Shown: positions 20,240-28,694 of the stretch, piece by piece
Layout: each line of letters starts with the position of its first letter
Numbering within the stretch: position 1 is the stretch's first letter
From: Gemmatimonadota bacterium
GTDB lineage: Bacteria; Gemmatimonadota; Gemmatimonadetes; Gemmatimonadales; Gemmatimonadaceae
Assembly (NCBI GenBank): GCA_031372565.1
Contig: JANMLN010000187.1
Location: 1-41,647 of the forward strand
DNA: 41,647 nucleotides
Reading direction: 5' to 3'
Program-made: the position numbers and the translations under genes
Notes under the pieces: generated by a model
Told to the model about the DNA's origin: nothing
What the model saw: only the letters and a program-made list of their open reading frames with translations
Database searches by the model: none

Positions 20240-21499
20240 GTGCATCTCTTTCGGTGGTGGGGTGAGGGGACACCGGCCGCGCGACGCGCGCTGACCGCGG
20301 CTGCGCTGGGATGGATGCTGGACGCCTTCGACGTGATGCTGTTTGCGCTGGTCTTGCCACAGGTCATGTCCGATCTGGGCATCTCCAAGACGCAGGCGGG
20401 GCTGCTCGGCTCCCTCGCCTTGCTCGCCGCAGCGGGTGGCGGCATCGCGTTCGGCGTCTTCTCCGACCGCTTCGGTCGAACGCGCGCGCTCATGGGCAGC
20501 GTGCTGATCTATTCGACCTTCACGGGGCTCACGGCGCTCACCACCAACATCTGGCAGTTCGCCGTCTGTCGCGTGCTGCTCGGCATCGGCATGGGCGGCG
20601 AATGGGCGAGCGGCGCCTCGCTCGTCTCCGAGCACTGGAGTGCGGAGCATCGCGGCAAGGCGCTCGGCCTCATGCAGAGCGCATGGGCCGTGGGGTACGG
20701 CTTGGCCGCCATTGTCGTCGGGTTGGTGCTGCCCATGGTCGGCTGGCGTGGGGTGTTTGCGATCGGCGTGTTGCCGGCCTTGCTCACGATCTGGATTCGC
20801 CGCGACGTCGAGGAGTCGGGCATGTGGCAGGCGAGCCATGCGGCGCGCGAATCATCCGATCCGATCGTGGCGCGCGCGCCAGCCGGGTTTGGCGCCATCG
20901 CCGAGCTCTTTCGTGGTCCCGTGGGCAAGATTACGATCGCGGTCACGTTCATGAACGCGTGCACGCTGTTCGGCTGGTGGGGACTCAACCAGTGGATTCC
21001 GGCGTATCTGTCGCTGCCGGTGGCGCAGGGCGGCGTGGGGCTCTCGCCGCGCGTCATGGCCGGGTTCGTCTTCGCCATGCAGGTGGGCATGTGGTTCGGC
21101 TACGTGACGTTCGGCTTCATCGGCGATACCGTCGGTCGGAAGCGCACGTACGTCACGTACTTGCTCGCGGCGAGCATCCTGCTGCCGCTGTATGGTTTCC
21201 TCCGCACACCGCTGGTGCTGCTGGCGCTCGGGCCCTTCGTCGCCTTCTTCGGTACGGGCTACTACTCGGGGTTTGGCGCCCTGACGGCGGAACTCTACCC
21301 GACCGCCGTGCGTGGGACGGCGCAGGGGTTCACGTACAATCTCGGGCGCGTGGCGAGTGCCGCAGCGCCGTGGGTTGTCGGATCGTTGGCCTCGAGCAAC
21401 GGCTTCGCGGCGGCATTTGCCGTGACGGGGGCGGCGTTCCTCACCGCGGCGATCACCTGGCGCTGGATTCCGGAAACACGCGGACGCACGCTGGCCTGA
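20240..21499 (+). CDS. MFS transporter (aromatic-acid/SHS-like)
   Basis: Motifs LGWMLDAFD, SDRFGR, GIGMGGEW, GDTVGRK and ELYPTAVRG. GTG start 5 nt after paaD. Confidence 0.9.
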   Translation: MHLFRWWGEGTPAARRALTAAALGWMLDAFDVMLFALVLPQVMSDLGISKTQAGLLGSLALLAAAGGGIAFGVFSDRFGRTRALMGSVLIYSTFTGLTALTTNIWQFAVCRVLLGIGMGGEWASGASLVSEHWSAEHRGKALGLMQSAWAVGYGLAAIVVGLVLPMVGWRGVFAIGVLPALLTIWIRRDVEESGMWQASHAARESSDPIVARAPAGFGAIAELFRGPVGKITIAVTFMNACTLFGWWGLNQWIPAYLSLPVAQGGVGLSPRVMAGFVFAMQVGMWFGYVTFGFIGDTVGRKRTYVTYLLAASILLPLYGFLRTPLVLLALGPFVAFFGTGYYSGFGALTAELYPTAVRGTAQGFTYNLGRVASAAAPWVVGSLASSNGFAAAFAVTGAAFLTAAITWRWIPETRGRTLA

Positions 21500-21508
21500 A
21501 CGGGCGCG

Positions 21509-22447
21509 CTACGGAGTGCGACCGCACCTCAGCGGACGCCACGGCGTGCTGTTCGCGCTGTCCAACCAGTCGGGCGGCAATGCGGTGCCGATCACCGGAA
21601 TGGGTTGCCCCACCGCCCACCAGATCACGGCGACAGCGTCCGTCACATCCACGGTCCGATCACAGGTACCGTTCCATCCAGGACCATCCAGATCGGCCTG
21701 ACCACCACCGACGCCGCTGTTGATCGGAAAGACGTTGCCGAGGACCTCGTCCAGCGAGCCGGGCGCCGGACTGGGTTGCAGCGAAACGGCCCAGAGAATG
21801 ATCTGTACTGCATCGGTCAGCGATACGACACTGTCCTGGGTCACGTCACCGTACGGATACTCACCGGCCGCGATGAACACGCCCATCGCGCGCGGGCTGC
21901 GGGCTGCACCCGTCATGCGCCTCGGAACGGCGCGTTCGCCAGCGGGCGTTGCGCGGTAGAGCACGCCATCGGACCCGAAGCGCGCGCGTTCCTCCACGTC
22001 GAACGACACGAGCCGCGTGCCCACCGTCAGCGGGCGACGTGCGACCAGCCGCACCGTCACGGCGCCCGTGTCACCTCGTTCCGTGCGGAGCGCCGCGAGC
22101 TTGAGTTGCCCGGGCAACGTCCTCGTTGTGCGTGAGGCGACGAGCATGTCGCTCGGGTAGCTGAGCTTCGGAAGCAGGGTCAGACGCTCGGCGTCGAACC
22201 GGAGGGTGCCGACGATGCCCGAGAGCACGTCGGTATCCTGCCCCACGGTCAGGCGAACGTGCACCGTGTCGCCGATCGCCAGATCGCCCGAGGGCGCGAC
22301 GTTGACGATGGCGCTGGCACGCGGCGCGTCGTCACCGGCGAGTGGCCGTGTCGCTTCGCACCCAGACGCGAACAACGCACAGCACAGCGCCATCGATCTG
22401 CGGCTGAGCGCGCCACGCCGTGCTGCCGGGAGAGTCGCATTCTGCAT
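21509..22447 (-). CDS. Lipoprotein with cohesin-like N-terminal and dockerin-like C-terminal domains
   Basis: Lipobox ASGC. Cohesin-like GDTVHVRLTV..LSGIVGTLRFDAERL..PGQLKLAAL. Duplicated dockerin-like YGDVTQDSVVSLTDAVQII and CDRTVDVTDAVAVI. Confidence 0.65.
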   Translation of the reverse strand: MQNATLPAARRGALSRRSMALCCALFASGCEATRPLAGDDAPRASAIVNVAPSGDLAIGDTVHVRLTVGQDTDVLSGIVGTLRFDAERLTLLPKLSYPSDMLVASRTTRTLPGQLKLAALRTERGDTGAVTVRLVARRPLTVGTRLVSFDVEERARFGSDGVLYRATPAGERAVPRRMTGAARSPRAMGVFIAAGEYPYGDVTQDSVVSLTDAVQIILWAVSLQPSPAPGSLDEVLGNVFPINSGVGGGQADLDGPGWNGTCDRTVDVTDAVAVIWWAVGQPIPVIGTALPPDWLDSANSTPWRPLRCGRTP

Positions 22448-22589
22448 GCCGCATCATGCCGTCGTCGTGCTGCGGATAGATCCGCCTGCGGTCAACGCTC
22501 TGTCACGGTTTCACATCGCGGCCGCGCCGGTCACCCCCACGTGACGACCGTGTCACGTGCCGCGCGCGCGGGCGACGCAGCGGACGCGC

Positions 22590-22730
22590 TCAGCGAACTA
22601 CGAGCAATCCGAGAATGATGCCGAGCCCGATCAGGCTCAGCGTTCTGCGCGTTGAAAGGAGGTGCTCGGGACTCGACATGCCGAACCATCGCGTCCGCAC
22701 GTCCCGGCGCGTTGTCGAACGTGTCTGCAT
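22590..22730 (-). CDS. Possible small membrane protein (46 aa)
   Basis: MQTRS...TLSLIGLGIILGLLVVR has a single C-terminal hydrophobic helix and the same orientation as its neighbours. Confidence 0.4.
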   Translation of the reverse strand: MQTRSTTRRDVRTRWFGMSSPEHLLSTRRTLSLIGLGIILGLLVVR

Positions 22731-22794
22731 GTGGTCACGGCGCTCAACCCGGACGGTTCCGCCGCACCACCCATACGGTGCCCGACAGCTCTGG

Positions 22795-23340
22795 CTACTC
22801 GATGTCGCTGACCCCATCCGGCAGGAACAGCGGCTTCGCGAGCCCGCCCCGGTCATCGTAGAACCGGATGGAACCGCTAGGCGAGGCGGCCTTGGCCAGC
22901 AGGATGAGTTGCCCCGTGTGTCCCGCGAAGTGCTCCACCACGTGATAGATGGCCGAGAGCACGTTGGTGGTGCGCCCCTGAATCACGCGCGTCTCGTGCA
23001 GCGCCTGGGCGTCGAGCCGCTCGAGCACGGCCACCGCGTCAGCGCAGGCGGCGTCGAGTGTCGTCAGCAAGACCGCGAGCGGCGCGCCATCGCGCGCCGC
23101 GAACTCCGCATCGCGGTCGCGGTGGTCCGGTGCGCCGCCGACACCGCTCACGATCCATTGGCGCACGTTGCCTGCAAGATGGAGTACGAGGTTGCCGGCA
23201 CTGTTGGAGTCGTCGTTCGCGCGATGCCAGAGCTGCTCGGCGGGCAGCTGGGTCAGGGCGAGGCGGATCTTTCCTGGATACTCGAGACCCAGGTAGTAGC
23301 GTGAGCGCTCGAGGAACCGGGTCGCGAGGTCGGGTGACAT
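22795..23340 (-). CDS. DinB/DUF1572 family protein
   Basis: Motifs SNSAGNLVLHLAGN, RDRDAEF and HVVEHFAGHTGQ. Confidence 0.9.
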   Translation of the reverse strand: MSPDLATRFLERSRYYLGLEYPGKIRLALTQLPAEQLWHRANDDSNSAGNLVLHLAGNVRQWIVSGVGGAPDHRDRDAEFAARDGAPLAVLLTTLDAACADAVAVLERLDAQALHETRVIQGRTTNVLSAIYHVVEHFAGHTGQLILLAKAASPSGSIRFYDDRGGLAKPLFLPDGVSDIE

Positions 23341-23453
23341 GGCGGGGAAGATGTGATGCGCGAATGCCTGCCGCGAGGGTCAGCGGCGTGTGGGTGCTGC
23401 GTTCGAGCGCAGCTACCGGTTCCTTCCGTGCCACCCGCTGGAGATGACCCTGA

Positions 23454-23489
23454 TTGACATTAAAATGTCTGACAGTAACATTTTGATGT
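23454..23489 (+). promoter_or_regulatory. vapBC promoter with overlapping inverted-repeat operator
   Basis: TTGACA 23454-23459, 16 nt, TAACAT 23476-23481. Arms ACATTAAAATGT (23457-23468) and ACATTTTGATGT (23478-23489) are inverted with one mismatch. Confidence 0.8.
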
Positions 23490-23741
23490 ATGCGCACAAC
23501 CATCCGCCTCGACGACGCCCTCCTGCGGGAGGCGAAGGCCCGAGCCGCGCGCGCCGGCCGGTCGCTCAACGACTTCATTGCCGATGCCGTGCGACTCGCG
23601 GTGCGTGCGTCTCCCCGCTCGGCGGCTGGGGCGCCCGAGCTTCCCGTCTTCAAGGGTGGGCGCGGGGTGCGCGTGGGCGTGAACCTCGACAGTAACGCCG
23701 CGCTGCTCGACCTCATGGAGTCCGGCGAGCGCGTCCGGTGA
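23490..23741 (+). CDS. vapB: VapB-type antitoxin, ribbon-helix-helix DNA-binding domain
   Basis: MRTTIRLDDALLREAK..AA..GRSL..FI.DAVR; GTGA overlap with the toxin gene. Confidence 0.9.
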   Translation: MRTTIRLDDALLREAKARAARAGRSLNDFIADAVRLAVRASPRSAAGAPELPVFKGGRGVRVGVNLDSNAALLDLMESGERVR

Positions 23742-24166
23742 TCGTACCCGACGTCAACGTGCTCGTCTACGCTGCGCGCGCCGACGCCGAGCGACACGCC
23801 GAGTACCGGGCGTGGGTCGTTGGTGCGCTGCGTGGCGCGGAGGCAGTTGGGCTCTCCGAGTTGGTGCTGTCCGGTGTGGTACGCGTGCTCACGCACCCAC
23901 GGATCTTCGATCCGCCCATGCCGCTCAGCGCTGCGCTCGCGTACGTGGCGTCATTGCGGGCACAACCCCGTGCCGTGGCGCTGCGGCCCGGTGATCGGCA
24001 CTGGGACCTGTTCGCCGAGTTGTGCCGCACGGGGGATGCGCGGGGCAACCTCGTGGCCGATGCGTATCACGCGGCACTCGCGATGGAGGCGGGCGCCGAG
24101 TTCGTGACGACGGATCGTGATTTCGCGCGGTTCCCTGGGCTGCGGTGGCGCACGCCGCTGGGTTGA
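23738..24166 (+). CDS. vapC: VapC PIN-domain ribonuclease toxin
   Basis: Acidic PIN motifs PDVNVLVYA, GNLVADAYHAALA and TTDRDFARFPGL. Confidence 0.93.
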   Translation: MIVPDVNVLVYAARADAERHAEYRAWVVGALRGAEAVGLSELVLSGVVRVLTHPRIFDPPMPLSAALAYVASLRAQPRAVALRPGDRHWDLFAELCRTGDARGNLVADAYHAALAMEAGAEFVTTDRDFARFPGLRWRTPLG

Positions 24167-24275
24167 CGGTCCGCGACTCAACGCCCGCAGCAACCGGCGC
24201 CAACGGCGGCCCACCCACCCGAGCGCTCCGCCGGCGTAGACCGATACGATCTCGCCCGTCTCCACGAAGCAACAC

Positions 24276-24330
24276 TTGACGGGAAAGGCACGCCATGTAT
24301 TATACCAGACAGCTAATTAACCAAACAGTA
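24276..24330. promoter_or_regulatory. Promoter region of arsR-SRPBCC operon with overlapping antisense extended -10
   Basis: + strand TTGACG 24276-24281, 16 nt, TATTAT 24298-24303. - strand TGGTATAAT 24307-24299. AT-rich imperfect palindrome TTAACCAAACAGTAA downstream is a possible ArsR operator. Confidence 0.6.
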
Positions 24331-24333
24331 AAC

Positions 24334-24705
24334 ATGCCAGATACCCTCAGTCAAACCTTCGCCGCCCTCGCCGACCCCACCCGGCGGGCCATGCTCGCTC
24401 GGCTGCGGCAGGGCGAGGCGACGGTCAGCGAATTGGCCGAGCCCTTTCTCCATCGCATGACGCTCCCCGGCGTCACCAAGCACCTCAAGGTGCTCGAGCG
24501 CGCGGGGCTCGTCACGAAGGGGCGCGAGGCGCAGTGGCGCCCATGCACGCTCAATGCCGCGCCGCTCACCGATGCCGCGCGCTGGATGGAGGCGTATCGG
24601 GTGCACATGGAAGCAAGCCTCGATCGCCTTGGCGAGTACCTGAAAACCATCTCCGACACAACCACGTCCCCCACACCCGCACCGACCGATGACTGCCGTG
24701 AATGA
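24334..24705 (+). CDS. ArsR/SmtB family transcriptional regulator
   Basis: Motifs FAALADPTRRAML, TVSELAEPF, KHLKVLERAGLV and REAQWRPC. Confidence 0.92.
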   Translation: MPDTLSQTFAALADPTRRAMLARLRQGEATVSELAEPFLHRMTLPGVTKHLKVLERAGLVTKGREAQWRPCTLNAAPLTDAARWMEAYRVHMEASLDRLGEYLKTISDTTTSPTPAPTDDCRE

Positions 24706-25651
24706 CTCGAACGAGATCCGCATCGTGCGGCTCTACGACGCACCCGTTGCGCTCGTCTGGTCGGCCTGGACCGAGGAGCACCATGTGGGACAGTGGTGGG
24801 GCCCGCGCGGCTTCAGCATTACCACGAGGAGCAAGGACATCCGCGCCGGCGGCACGTGGGAGTACACCATGCACGGCCCCGATGGCAAGGACTGGCCCAA
24901 CTTCACGCGCTACCACGAGGTCGTGCCGCGTGAGCGTCTCGTCTACGACCACGGCGCCACCTCGGCCGATGCCGCTCCGATGTTTCGCGTGACCGCCACC
25001 TTCCGCGAGGTCGATGGCAAGACCGAGCTCGACATGCGCATGACGCTCCCCACCGTCGAGGCGGCGCGCGAGACGCGCGGGTTCATCAAGGCGGCCGGCG
25101 GCAACGGCACCTGGGATCGTCTGGCCGAGTTCCTGGAGAAGCAGACGACGGCGCGTGACATCTTCGTCATCAATCGCACCTTCGAGGCGCCGCTCGCCAC
25201 GGTGTGGAAGATGTGGAGCACCCCCGAACACGTGGCGCGCTGGACACCGCCCACCGGCTTCACGATGGAGTTCAAGCACGTGGACCTGCGTGCGGGCGGC
25301 GAAGGCTTCTACGCGATGGGTAACGGCCAGTTCACGATGTACGGCCGCGTGCAGTATCTGGAGCTCCGCGCCCCCGATCGACTGGTGTACGTGCAGAGCT
25401 TCGCCGACGAGCACGGCAACATCTCGCGGCATCCCGGCGCGCCCGTCTGGCCTGAGAAGATGCTCACGACGGTGACGCTTGCGGCCGAGGGGCCCGCGCT
25501 CACGCGCGTGACGCTTCGTTGGGAGCCATACGGCGCGGCCACGCCCGACGAGATCGCGGCGTTCGTCAAGGAACGCGGCGGCATGACGCAGGGGTGGACG
25601 GGGTCGCTCGACAAGCTCGAGGCGGTGTTGGCCGAGCTGCCGATGTCGTGA
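24689..25651 (+). CDS. Tandem SRPBCC (AHSA1-like) domain protein
   Basis: Two repeats, RLYDAPVALVWSAWT..WWGPRGF and RTFEAPLATVWKMW..WTPPTGF, ending GWTGSLDKL. Confidence 0.9.
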   Translation: MTAVNDSNEIRIVRLYDAPVALVWSAWTEEHHVGQWWGPRGFSITTRSKDIRAGGTWEYTMHGPDGKDWPNFTRYHEVVPRERLVYDHGATSADAAPMFRVTATFREVDGKTELDMRMTLPTVEAARETRGFIKAAGGNGTWDRLAEFLEKQTTARDIFVINRTFEAPLATVWKMWSTPEHVARWTPPTGFTMEFKHVDLRAGGEGFYAMGNGQFTMYGRVQYLELRAPDRLVYVQSFADEHGNISRHPGAPVWPEKMLTTVTLAAEGPALTRVTLRWEPYGAATPDEIAAFVKERGGMTQGWTGSLDKLEAVLAELPMS

Positions 25652-25675
25652 GGACGGCGCTCGACCGCAACGCTC

Positions 25676-27070
25676 TCAGAGCTGCCCCGTGGATCCCCAT
25701 GCCGCGAGCCGCTCGCCGTAGCCCGGATCGTCGTAGCGCGTGAGCGCAAACGCTGCGGCATACGACGGCAGCGCAGTGCCCGTGATGTGCGCCGCGACGA
25801 GTTCACCCGCCGCGGGCGCGGCCATGAGACCGAACCCCGAGTGCGCGGCGTTCACGAATGCGCCGCGCACCGATAGCGGCCCCACGAGCGGACGATTCTC
25901 CTCGGTCTTGGTGTAGTAGCCACCGTCCACCGTCATGCGCGGGAGCCGGTCGAGATACGGCGCGAGCCCGGGTGCGAGCTTCACCATGCCGCGCATCACG
26001 TCTTCGGGATAGAGCGCGTCGTCGGGCAGCGGAAACTCGGGCGCCGTGTAACGATGTGCCGAGTGATAGTCCCACAGCATGAGCACCGTCTGACTCGGAC
26101 CGTAGCCCTCCGGGCGCAGGTGGATGCCGCCGGGCATCGGCAGGGTGAGCGCGCGCGTGTGTGCATCGGCCGCGAGCGCGGTCTGCACGTCGGAGTCCCA
26201 GTCGAGCTGTTGCGCGTCGTCGAGAATGACGAGGCCCGTGTTGCGGTCCACGGCGCCGAGTGTGTCCTCGAAGGCGACCTTGAGATGCAACTCGGAGAAG
26301 AGTGGGAGCTGGACGCTCATCAGCAGCGCGACGTCCGCCGCCATCGGGCCCGCGGCGTTGACGAACACCGACGTCGCGATGTGCGTGCTGTCGCCGTCCG
26401 GTCTGGTCACGACGACGCCCGACACGCGCCCGCCGGTGGTGTCGACCGCCGTCACGCGGCCCGTCACGAGGGTGACCCCCGCTGCGCGTGCTTCCTCGAG
26501 CAGATACATGCCGAGTTGTTGGCCGCTCATCCAGCCGCAACGGCGCGCGTGCAGCACGGCCACGATGTCGGATGCGAGCCATGGGAAGTGCAGGCGGATG
26601 CTCGCCGCATCGAGGAAGAGATCGGCGCCGTCCGGGTGCGCGGTCCATCCTCGATGTGCGCTCGGCTGGTAGCGCGCGGCGTCGGAGAGTGACTGATGCA
26701 CGCGGAGCTCGCCGGCACCCTGCGCGGAGGCGCGCTGCGCCGTGTACAGATAGGACTCGGCCATCTCCGCGCCGGCGGTGGCGTACAGGTAGCCGCGCCG
26801 GTTGAGCTGGAAGCGATTGTCGCTGGCCGCGGCCCACTGCTCGAGCAGGTCGATGCTGCGATCCATGAGCTGCACCATGGCCGCGTCAGGCCCGGGCCAC
26901 CAGTTGCGATAGGCCTCGGTGGACTTGTCGCTCGTGAGTGAGAGCGGGGGGCGGTCGTCCACCAGGACGATGTCGCGGATGCCGTGGGTGACGGCGAGCG
27001 CGTGCGCGGTGGCGATGCCGGCGATGCCGGCGCCGCAGATCACGATTCCGGCCGACGGAGGGAGCGTCAT
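25676..27070 (-). CDS. FAD-dependent oxidoreductase, DAO/sarcosine-oxidase-beta-like
   Basis: Rossmann motif IVICGAGIAG, plus VNAAGP, GYYTKTEENRPLVG and HSGFGLMAAPAAG. Confidence 0.88.
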   Translation of the reverse strand: MTLPPSAGIVICGAGIAGIATAHALAVTHGIRDIVLVDDRPPLSLTSDKSTEAYRNWWPGPDAAMVQLMDRSIDLLEQWAAASDNRFQLNRRGYLYATAGAEMAESYLYTAQRASAQGAGELRVHQSLSDAARYQPSAHRGWTAHPDGADLFLDAASIRLHFPWLASDIVAVLHARRCGWMSGQQLGMYLLEEARAAGVTLVTGRVTAVDTTGGRVSGVVVTRPDGDSTHIATSVFVNAAGPMAADVALLMSVQLPLFSELHLKVAFEDTLGAVDRNTGLVILDDAQQLDWDSDVQTALAADAHTRALTLPMPGGIHLRPEGYGPSQTVLMLWDYHSAHRYTAPEFPLPDDALYPEDVMRGMVKLAPGLAPYLDRLPRMTVDGGYYTKTEENRPLVGPLSVRGAFVNAAHSGFGLMAAPAAGELVAAHITGTALPSYAAAFALTRYDDPGYGERLAAWGSTGQL

Positions 27071-27142
27071 GACCCGAACAACGTAGCGGCACAGACGACG
27101 TGCGCGCTCACGGATCTCTGGACCGTCCGTCGCTCCGCTGGG

Positions 27143-28576
27143 CTACGGCTTGTCGAAGAGCCCCGGAATTGCCGGGGCCGGCGTGGCGAACACCGGCTTG
27201 CCGCTCCCCGACGCCACTGCGGGCCGACTGCCCGCCTTGATGAGCACGCGCCGACCATTCCGCTCGAGGCGCCCGTCGGCCAGCGCCGCGAGCGTTGCGA
27301 TGAGCGAATCGGGCGTGGCGAGCGGTACGTCCACCGCGATCGAGTCCGCGGCTGTCCGCTCGGGCTCGTAGCGTACATCGAGGTCGAACCACTGGAGCGC
27401 GGCCGCCGTCGCGTGGCGCACGGGCCCTCGCGCGAGCACGAGGCGACCATCCCGCCACGCGAACGCCGCTGCGGCGTCGGTGCTCGACAACAGCGCGAAG
27501 CCGGTCACCGGATCCATGCTGGCGGCCTGTCCTGCCGTCACGCGACCCTTCACCGAGTCCGCGAGGAGTTCGACGACGCCGGAATCCACGCGCACGAGCA
27601 CCTGCGCGCCATTCGATGTGAACGCGGCCACGGCGCCAAATGTCGACCAGCGGTGGGCGCCAGTGGCGATCACCGTCGGCGCGCTCGAGTCGGTGGGAAT
27701 GACCACGCGTACGGGCCCGGACAGCCGCATCGCTCGTGGGCCATGCTCGAACGTGGCGCTCGCGCGTACGTCGGCGCCGGGTCCCAAGTGCACCGTCGCG
27801 CTACCCGGCAAGGTGACATCGGCTTGTTGGCCTCGGGCCGTGGTCTTCGAGAGACCCGTCGTGTCGGCGAGCGCCGCGATCGCACGAGCCAACGGCGGCG
27901 CGGAGTGCGTCGCGCGCCACCCCACGGCCAGCACGAGCGCTGCGACCGCCACCACGCCGCCCACCACACGCGGCGACCAGCGGCGTCCTGCGTGTTCTTC
28001 GATATAGGCGGCCCCGTGCAGCTTCGGTCGCGAAACGCTACGGCGCGCGCCATCGAGCGGACTCGTCGTGGCGTGACTCAGGCGGATCGGCGCGGCCGAG
28101 GTCGCACCGCTCGCACGTGGAGGCGGAGCCATCGAGGGGGTCGGACGCGCCACCTCGGCTGGCGGAGCCGCTACAGCCGGGATGGCAGGCATCGGCACGG
28201 ACGGTGTGGGCGCGGGGCGGCGCCCCTCGTGCAGACGACGGCGCACCGCCTCCACCGACATGCTTTGCAGGTCGCCGGGAACCGGGAGCGTCATGGCTGC
28301 GCCGTCGAAGCGCGTGACGTCGAGCCGACGCTCGGCTTCGCGCTGGATGGCGCCGCGTGCAGAGTCCTGCGCGTGACGCAGCAAAGCGTCGGAGGTTGCG
28401 AAGCGCTCGCGCTCCTCCCACACGCGGTGCAGCACGCGCTCCACCAGTCGTGAGGCGATGGCGGGGTCGCCCAGCCAGACCGTCGCCTCCCACGCGAGGG
28501 GAGCGAAGAGTCCGTCGACGAAGCGATCAAGCGGCATGCCGCGCACGGTGGGCGCGGGTGGAGTCTCGGTGAGCAT
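27143..28576 (-). CDS. FecR-domain membrane protein with N-terminal ECF sigma region-2-like domain
   Basis: N-terminal LFAPLAWEATVWLGDPAIASRLVERVLHRVWEERERF, a Pro-rich linker, TM VVGGVVAVAALVLAVGW, FecR-like TTARGQQADVTLPGSATVHLG and AWRDGRLVL. Confidence 0.7.
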   Translation of the reverse strand: MLTETPPAPTVRGMPLDRFVDGLFAPLAWEATVWLGDPAIASRLVERVLHRVWEERERFATSDALLRHAQDSARGAIQREAERRLDVTRFDGAAMTLPVPGDLQSMSVEAVRRRLHEGRRPAPTPSVPMPAIPAVAAPPAEVARPTPSMAPPPRASGATSAAPIRLSHATTSPLDGARRSVSRPKLHGAAYIEEHAGRRWSPRVVGGVVAVAALVLAVGWRATHSAPPLARAIAALADTTGLSKTTARGQQADVTLPGSATVHLGPGADVRASATFEHGPRAMRLSGPVRVVIPTDSSAPTVIATGAHRWSTFGAVAAFTSNGAQVLVRVDSGVVELLADSVKGRVTAGQAASMDPVTGFALLSSTDAAAAFAWRDGRLVLARGPVRHATAAALQWFDLDVRYEPERTAADSIAVDVPLATPDSLIATLAALADGRLERNGRRVLIKAGSRPAVASGSGKPVFATPAPAIPGLFDKP

Positions 28577-28662
28577 CCCTGAAAACTCGCGCGCACCCCC
28601 CGCTTCGGGATGGCCGTTGCTGATTCGCGTCCGGGCCGTTACGCAGCAGCGCGCATAGAGCG

Positions 28663-28686
28663 CGCCCGACGCAGAGTGCGCGGGCG
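28663..28686 (-). terminator. GC-rich hairpin after the OmpA-family gene (no U-tract)
   Basis: cgcccg-a-cgca-gag-tgcg-cgggcg, 8 nt past the stop codon. Confidence 0.35.
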
Positions 28687-28694
28687 ACTCGCCG

